A stretch of 64,000 bases of DNA from NCBI GenBank assembly GCA_963762255.1, contig CAVXKA010000002.1, forward strand, positions 128,001 through 192,000, in the 5' to 3' direction. How positions within the stretch are numbered: the first letter of the stretch is position 1; every line of letters starts with the position of its first letter. A model generated the notes under the pieces. The model ran no database searches. It saw only the letters and a list, made by a program, of their open reading frames with translations, and was not told the origin of the DNA. This document shows, piece by piece, positions 59,248 through 64,000 of the stretch. This DNA is from Candidatus Eiseniibacteriota bacterium (GTDB taxonomy: Bacteria; Eisenbacteria; RBG-16-71-46; JABDJR01). A program made the position numbers and the translations under genes.

Positions 59248-60780
59248 ATGATCCTCGTCCTCGACTTCGGCTCGCAATACACGCAGCTCATCGCGAGGCG
59301 CGTGCGTGAGCAAAGCGTCTCGTGCGAGATCCATCCGTACTCGCTTTCGATCGAGGAGATCCGCCGCCGCGAACCCTCCGGCGTGATCCTCTCCGGCGGC
59401 CCATCGAGCGTGTATGCGGCCACCGGGCCGCGCCCCGATCCCGCGGTGCTGGACCTCGGCGTGCCGGTGCTCGGCATCTGCTACGGCCTGCAGACCATGA
59501 TCCATCGCCTCGGCGGGCGCGTCGAACGGGTGGGCCTCGGCGAATACGGCCGCACCCCCGTGCACCTCACCTCCGAGGCCGGACCGCTCTTCGCCGAAGT
59601 GCCCGAGGCGAGCGTTGCGTGGATGAGCCACGGCGATTCGGTGACGGAGCTGCCGGCTGGATTCGTCAAGGAGGCCGTGACCGCCGACGGCATCGTGGCC
59701 GCCGCCGGCGACGAGGCGCGCGGTTACTACGGACTCCAGTTTCATCCGGAGGTCGTGCACACCGAGCACGGCCGAGTGATCCTGCGGAACTTCCTCTTCC
59801 GCATCTGCCACGCTCCCACGGACTGGGACCTCGGCGACTTCCGCAAGCGGGCGGTGGAGCGCATCCGCGCGCAGGTCGGCCCCGATGCCGGCGTCGTCTG
59901 CGGCCTCTCCGGCGGCGTGGACTCCGCGGTGGTGGCGTGTCTGCTGCACGAGGCGGTGAGGGACCGGCTCACCTGCGTGTTCGTGGATCACGGACTCTTG
60001 CGCACCGGCGAGGTGGAGGAGGTCCTGCGCGTACTCGGCGAGGAATTCGGACTGCGCATCCGGCACGTCGATGCGGCCGACCGCTTTCTCGACAAGCTCG
60101 CCGGCGTGGAGGATCCCGAGCGCAAGCGCAAGATCATCGGCGAGGAATTCATCCGCGTGTTCGAGGCCGAGGCGCGGGGACTCCCCGATGCGCGCTTCCT
60201 CGCGCAGGGCACGCTCTATCCGGACGTGATCGAAAGCGTCTCGGTGGCCGGCCCTTCCGCCCGCATCAAGTCGCATCACAACGTGGGCGGGCTTCCCGAG
60301 CGCATGGACCTCGCGCTGGTGGAGCCGGTGCGCGAGCTGTTCAAAGACGAAGTGCGCGAGTTGGGACGAAGACTGGGCCTCCCCGAGGCGGTCGTGGGCC
60401 GGCATCCCTTCCCGGGACCGGGGCTCGCCGTGCGCATTCTGGGACCGGTGACCCGCGAGGCGGTGAGCACGCTCCAGGCAGCCGACCGCATCTATCTGGA
60501 GGAGCTTCGACGGGCCGGTCTCTACGACGCGATCTGGCAGGCCTTCGCGGTGCTCCTGCCGGTGCGCTCCGTGGGCGTGATGGGTGACGAGCGCACGTAC
60601 GGCAACGTAGTGGCGCTCCGCGCGGTGACCAGCGTGGACGGCATGACGGCAGATTGGTATCCGCTCCCCGCCGAGGTTCTCGGACGCGCCGCCAACCGCA
60701 TCGTGAACGAATTGCGGGGAGTGAACCGAGTCGTCTACGATGTGACCTCGAAACCTCCCGCCACCATCGAGTGGGAGTGA
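59248..60780 (+). CDS. guaA: GMP synthase (glutamine-hydrolysing)
   Basis: [51 protein letters not shown]. Confidence 0.98.
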   Translation: MILVLDFGSQYTQLIARRVREQSVSCEIHPYSLSIEEIRRREPSGVILSGGPSSVYAATGPRPDPAVLDLGVPVLGICYGLQTMIHRLGGRVERVGLGEYGRTPVHLTSEAGPLFAEVPEASVAWMSHGDSVTELPAGFVKEAVTADGIVAAAGDEARGYYGLQFHPEVVHTEHGRVILRNFLFRICHAPTDWDLGDFRKRAVERIRAQVGPDAGVVCGLSGGVDSAVVACLLHEAVRDRLTCVFVDHGLLRTGEVEEVLRVLGEEFGLRIRHVDAADRFLDKLAGVEDPERKRKIIGEEFIRVFEAEARGLPDARFLAQGTLYPDVIESVSVAGPSARIKSHHNVGGLPERMDLALVEPVRELFKDEVRELGRRLGLPEAVVGRHPFPGPGLAVRILGPVTREAVSTLQAADRIYLEELRRAGLYDAIWQAFAVLLPVRSVGVMGDERTYGNVVALRAVTSVDGMTADWYPLPAEVLGRAANRIVNELRGVNRVVYDVTSKPPATIEWE

Positions 60781-60804
60781 GGCAGGGCTGCGTGCCGGAG
60801 CGTC

Positions 60805-63471
60805 ATGAAGTCACTTCCAACCCATCCGTTCCCGGGGGTCGTGCTCGCGGTCGCGTGCCTGGCCCTGAGCGTCGCCTGCACGACCTTCGCCGCAGAGCGG
60901 CCCGCCCCGAGCTTCACCGGTCTCCGCGCACCTGACGCACCTGGCGCGCCGGTTACCGGCCTCAAGTACTTCCGCCTCGTACCGGCGTCGCCCGATACGA
61001 CCTATCGACTTCTGGTCATTCCGGTGCGCTTCCCCGAAAACCACGACCTCGGCATAGGCCGCGACGCGCTGGCCGAGCGGCTGAACGGCGAGGCGGCGGG
61101 CTCGGTCCGCGCGTACTGGCGCAGCGCCACCTACGGCCGCATGAACGTGGAGACAACCCTGGCTCCCATCGTGACCGCCGCGCACTCACGCGCCTATTAC
61201 ACATCGGAGGGGACCGACAACTACGGCTACGGCACCGACCCCGACGCCTACCCGCACAACGCCCAGGGTCTTGTCGAGGAGGTGACCGCCGCGATCGCCG
61301 ACGCAGTGGACCTGCGCCTGTTCGACAACAACGCGGACGGGATCGTCGACGGGCTTCTCGTGCTTCACTCCGGGCCTCGCGCCCCCGAGGTGATCGAGGC
61401 CTCCACGTCGCGGGATCTGATGCTCGCGCACGCGTTCACGACGTCGGTGCCGGTGGCCCGGCGCGACGCGATCGTCTTTCCCTACGCCATCGCCTCCGCG
61501 CGCGATCCGGTGGGGCCGTGGGTGCACGAGATGGGGCACCTCTTCGGCCTCCCCGACGAATACGTGGCCAGCGGCCTCTGTCCCGGGGAGGGCGTGGGGA
61601 TGTGGTCGCTCATGGCCACCGGGTCCAACCTTGGCGACGGCGAGTCTCCCTCCGGGTTGGACGCCTACTGCCGGCAGTTGCTCGGGTTCGTCCCGGCAAC
61701 GGCCGAAGGGGAGTGGACCTCACTCGCCGAGGGCGCGTTCGTGCGGGCCTTCGCTCCCGGCGCGGCAGGGGGACCGCAGTACTTTCTGATCGAGCGGCAG
61801 ACGATCGAGGTCGGGGACGTGACCCACCGAGCCACGCTGGTGCTCGCGGTGAACGAGGCCGCGGTCGACAACCGAAGCTGCACGCGGCCGCTGGTGGAAG
61901 TCCGGGCTGCGCTCTGCACCACCGGGGACCTCTGCACCGAGCACCTCGACGACGTTACCTCACCAAACCTGCGCGACGCCGACGATCGGCCGACCGGGCT
62001 CGCTCTCGACTTCATGCTCGACGCGGTGCGTGTGAGGTACCAGGACGAGGTCGGCCTCCATCTGGAGCGCGTGCGTCTGCTGCCCGTCGAAGCGGGCGGC
62101 GGGCGGCAGCCGATCGAGCTCACCGTGCGCAACCTGAGCTTCACCGCAGCGGTACGTGCCGACGCGCGGTTCGCGCTCCTGCCCGCGGCACTGAACCGCG
62201 TGGAGCGGGTGGGGGACGGCTGGCCGCGCATGATCGCCGCGGGTGAGACGGTCGTCGACACAAGCTGGGCGCTGGTGCCGCGCGAGCCCGCGACCGCGCT
62301 CGCCTCGCAGCCGCAAGCCCTGGAGTTCACGCTTGCCCCGGCCTCGGGGGGATCTACCTTCGTGGACACCCTCACCTTCGTGGCTGCGTCGTTTGGCCTC
62401 GAAGCGGACCGCCTCGACGAGTTCATCTCGCGGCGCCTCGACAGGAACGGCGCCGATCCATGGCGGCCTGATGGCGTGGAATGGGTGGCGGGTCCGCTAC
62501 CGCGCCGGGCCAACGCCGAGCTCTTGAGCCCATGGGTCACCGTGCCCGATCGCGCGACGCTCGCGCTCGATCATGCGTGGAGCCTTGCGGCGCTCTCGCC
62601 GGACGTCGCGTTGGACGCCGCCGGCGTACGCGTGCTGACGCAGACCGGGCCCGCGGTGGAGCTGACGCCTCCGCTGGGTTGGGGCTACACGGTGGAGCGC
62701 GGCACCGGAAACGCGCTGGGGGGGCAACCGGCGCTCTCCGGAGGCGGCGACCGCGTGCACGTCTTCGATTTGGCCGCGTGGGCGGGGGAGTCGGTGCGGA
62801 TCTCGTTTCGCGTGGCGGGGGACGTCACACTCGACGAGAGCACGTGGCGGGTGCGCGGCGCGAGCGTGGCGAGCGCGCCAGTGGCGGAGGCGACGCTCGA
62901 AGTGCTCACCCCTTCCGGCGCCGAGTCGGAGCTGCGCGGGTCGGTCGTCGCCGCAGGCCAACTTGCCGCGGTGGACTCGATCCGTCTCTACGTCGGTCCC
63001 GCGTGGCGCACACCGGGTGCGGCGCTTGGCGGGGACTACGGCGGGATAGGTTTTGAGATCCCACTTCACGAGCTGTTCGCCAACGACCGGAGCGGCCTGC
63101 CCAAGCGCTGCGAGATGGTCTGGAGAACCGGCGACGGCTACGGCTCGATCGCCCTCGATGTCGATCCGCCGGATGCGCCGCGCGTGCTCCTTCCGCCGGG
63201 ACCCAATCCCACCGCGCGAGGACTCGGACAGACCTGGGTGCTCGGCGTGCCCGAGAGCGGGAGCGCCGGGACCTATCGCCTCGCCCTCTTCTCCGTCGCC
63301 GGTCGCTGCGTCTTCGAGCGCGAGGTGCGTATCGACGAAGCGGGCCTTCGTGAGATCGCCTGGGACGGCCGCGACTTCGCCGGACGTGAGGTCCCCCCCG
63401 GCGTCTACTTCCTTCAGTGCCGGCGGCCCGGCGGCGCGACCGAGAGCAGGCGCGTGGTGGTGATTCCATGA
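60805..63471 (+). CDS. Second secreted M6-family metalloprotease with FlgD-Ig/T9SS-like C-terminal domain
   Basis: [28 protein letters not shown]; C-terminal PNP...FSVAGR...[15 protein letters not shown]. Confidence 0.85.
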   Translation: MKSLPTHPFPGVVLAVACLALSVACTTFAAERPAPSFTGLRAPDAPGAPVTGLKYFRLVPASPDTTYRLLVIPVRFPENHDLGIGRDALAERLNGEAAGSVRAYWRSATYGRMNVETTLAPIVTAAHSRAYYTSEGTDNYGYGTDPDAYPHNAQGLVEEVTAAIADAVDLRLFDNNADGIVDGLLVLHSGPRAPEVIEASTSRDLMLAHAFTTSVPVARRDAIVFPYAIASARDPVGPWVHEMGHLFGLPDEYVASGLCPGEGVGMWSLMATGSNLGDGESPSGLDAYCRQLLGFVPATAEGEWTSLAEGAFVRAFAPGAAGGPQYFLIERQTIEVGDVTHRATLVLAVNEAAVDNRSCTRPLVEVRAALCTTGDLCTEHLDDVTSPNLRDADDRPTGLALDFMLDAVRVRYQDEVGLHLERVRLLPVEAGGGRQPIELTVRNLSFTAAVRADARFALLPAALNRVERVGDGWPRMIAAGETVVDTSWALVPREPATALASQPQALEFTLAPASGGSTFVDTLTFVAASFGLEADRLDEFISRRLDRNGADPWRPDGVEWVAGPLPRRANAELLSPWVTVPDRATLALDHAWSLAALSPDVALDAAGVRVLTQTGPAVELTPPLGWGYTVERGTGNALGGQPALSGGGDRVHVFDLAAWAGESVRISFRVAGDVTLDESTWRVRGASVASAPVAEATLEVLTPSGAESELRGSVVAAGQLAAVDSIRLYVGPAWRTPGAALGGDYGGIGFEIPLHELFANDRSGLPKRCEMVWRTGDGYGSIALDVDPPDAPRVLLPPGPNPTARGLGQTWVLGVPESGSAGTYRLALFSVAGRCVFEREVRIDEAGLREIAWDGRDFAGREVPPGVYFLQCRRPGGATESRRVVVIP

Positions 63472-64000
63472 CGTTCGTGCCGGCGCTCTTCATTGCGTGG
63501 CTCCTCACGCAGGCCGCTTCGAGCCCCGCGGAGTCCCTCGTCTCCACCGCCGGTCGTGCCGCGACGGTGGCCGCGCCTCTCGACTCGGTCGAGCTTTCCC
63601 GCCGGACCCTGGCTGTCGCGCTCTTTCGCGGCGACGCGACGGGCATGGCCGAGGCCTCGCGTTCGGAAGCCCGCGCCCTCGCAGCGCTCGACACCTTCGC
63701 CGACCACGAAGACTTCCCCGGCGCGTGGCGGGCGCTCGACTGGCCGTCGCGCCTGCGATGGTTCGCCCGTGCTGCGGAGGACCGCCGGGTGGATTGGGTG
63801 CGCCGCGCGCTGGAGCTCGACGACGCGGACCTCTTCCCCCGGCTGGGTTTCCCAGCCGGGGCTCGATAGCGCTGGCCGTCGCGGTCAACGCCGAGCAGGC
63901 GCTTACCGCCGCAACCCCACCCGAGCGAGCGCGTCTCGACGCGCTCATCGCACGCGCTCTGCGAGCGGCCACAGAGGCGCCGTCATTCCGTCTGCGCGAT
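63468..64000 (+). CDS. Exported hypothetical protein; apparent frameshift at the C5 run 63836-63840; runs off the window
   Basis: Signal-like N-terminus and ATGA overlap. The frame stops at 63869, but the -1 frame continues with coding-like codons (SIALAVAVNAEQALTAATPPERARLD...). Confidence 0.55.

Noticed and set aside
60760-60810. Genomic island integrated at the guaA 3' end or at the tRNA genes
   Set aside because: No integrase, no duplicated 3'-end sequence and no compositional shift downstream.

Overview
GC-rich (about 70% by eye), gene-dense chromosomal window from a diderm bacterium. LapA/LapB, a PorV-like barrel, four secreted enzymes with FlgD-Ig/T9SS-like C-terminal domains and a bacillithiol pathway suggest an FCB-associated candidate phylum (Eisenbacteria/Krumholzibacteriota/Latescibacterota-like); this placement is inference only. 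The content is mostly housekeeping: Lon-like protease, extended GreA, tRNA-Leu(CAA), tRNA-Ala(GGC), scpAB, aroA-cmk-rpsA-mtaB-miaB-lapAB, mutS, trxA, a methyltransferase-bshC-bshB1-bshA operon, sppA, pilZ-porV-glgC-like pair, mltD, comEC and purN-purC-purH-guaA. I found no CRISPR array, integrase or transposase. The most interesting signals are intergenic. (1) A sigma54-type promoter drives a terminator-bounded RNA containing an 89-nt hairpin with 6S-RNA-like ends but no apical arm. (2) A sigma70 promoter precedes a 193-nt long-hairpin, possibly two-state RNA exposing a perfect anti-Shine-Dalgarno. (3) A structured leader of about 400 nt lies before a PilZ gene. (4) A second sigma54 promoter precedes a 52-aa orphan ORF. 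(5) A sigma28-type promoter precedes a BON-like/TPR/PEGA operon. Also notable are a probable leaderless N-methyl-bacillithiol operon, two apparent single-base frameshifts and an AT-rich palindromic codon patch inside purH. All calls are by eye, with no database searches or folding computations.
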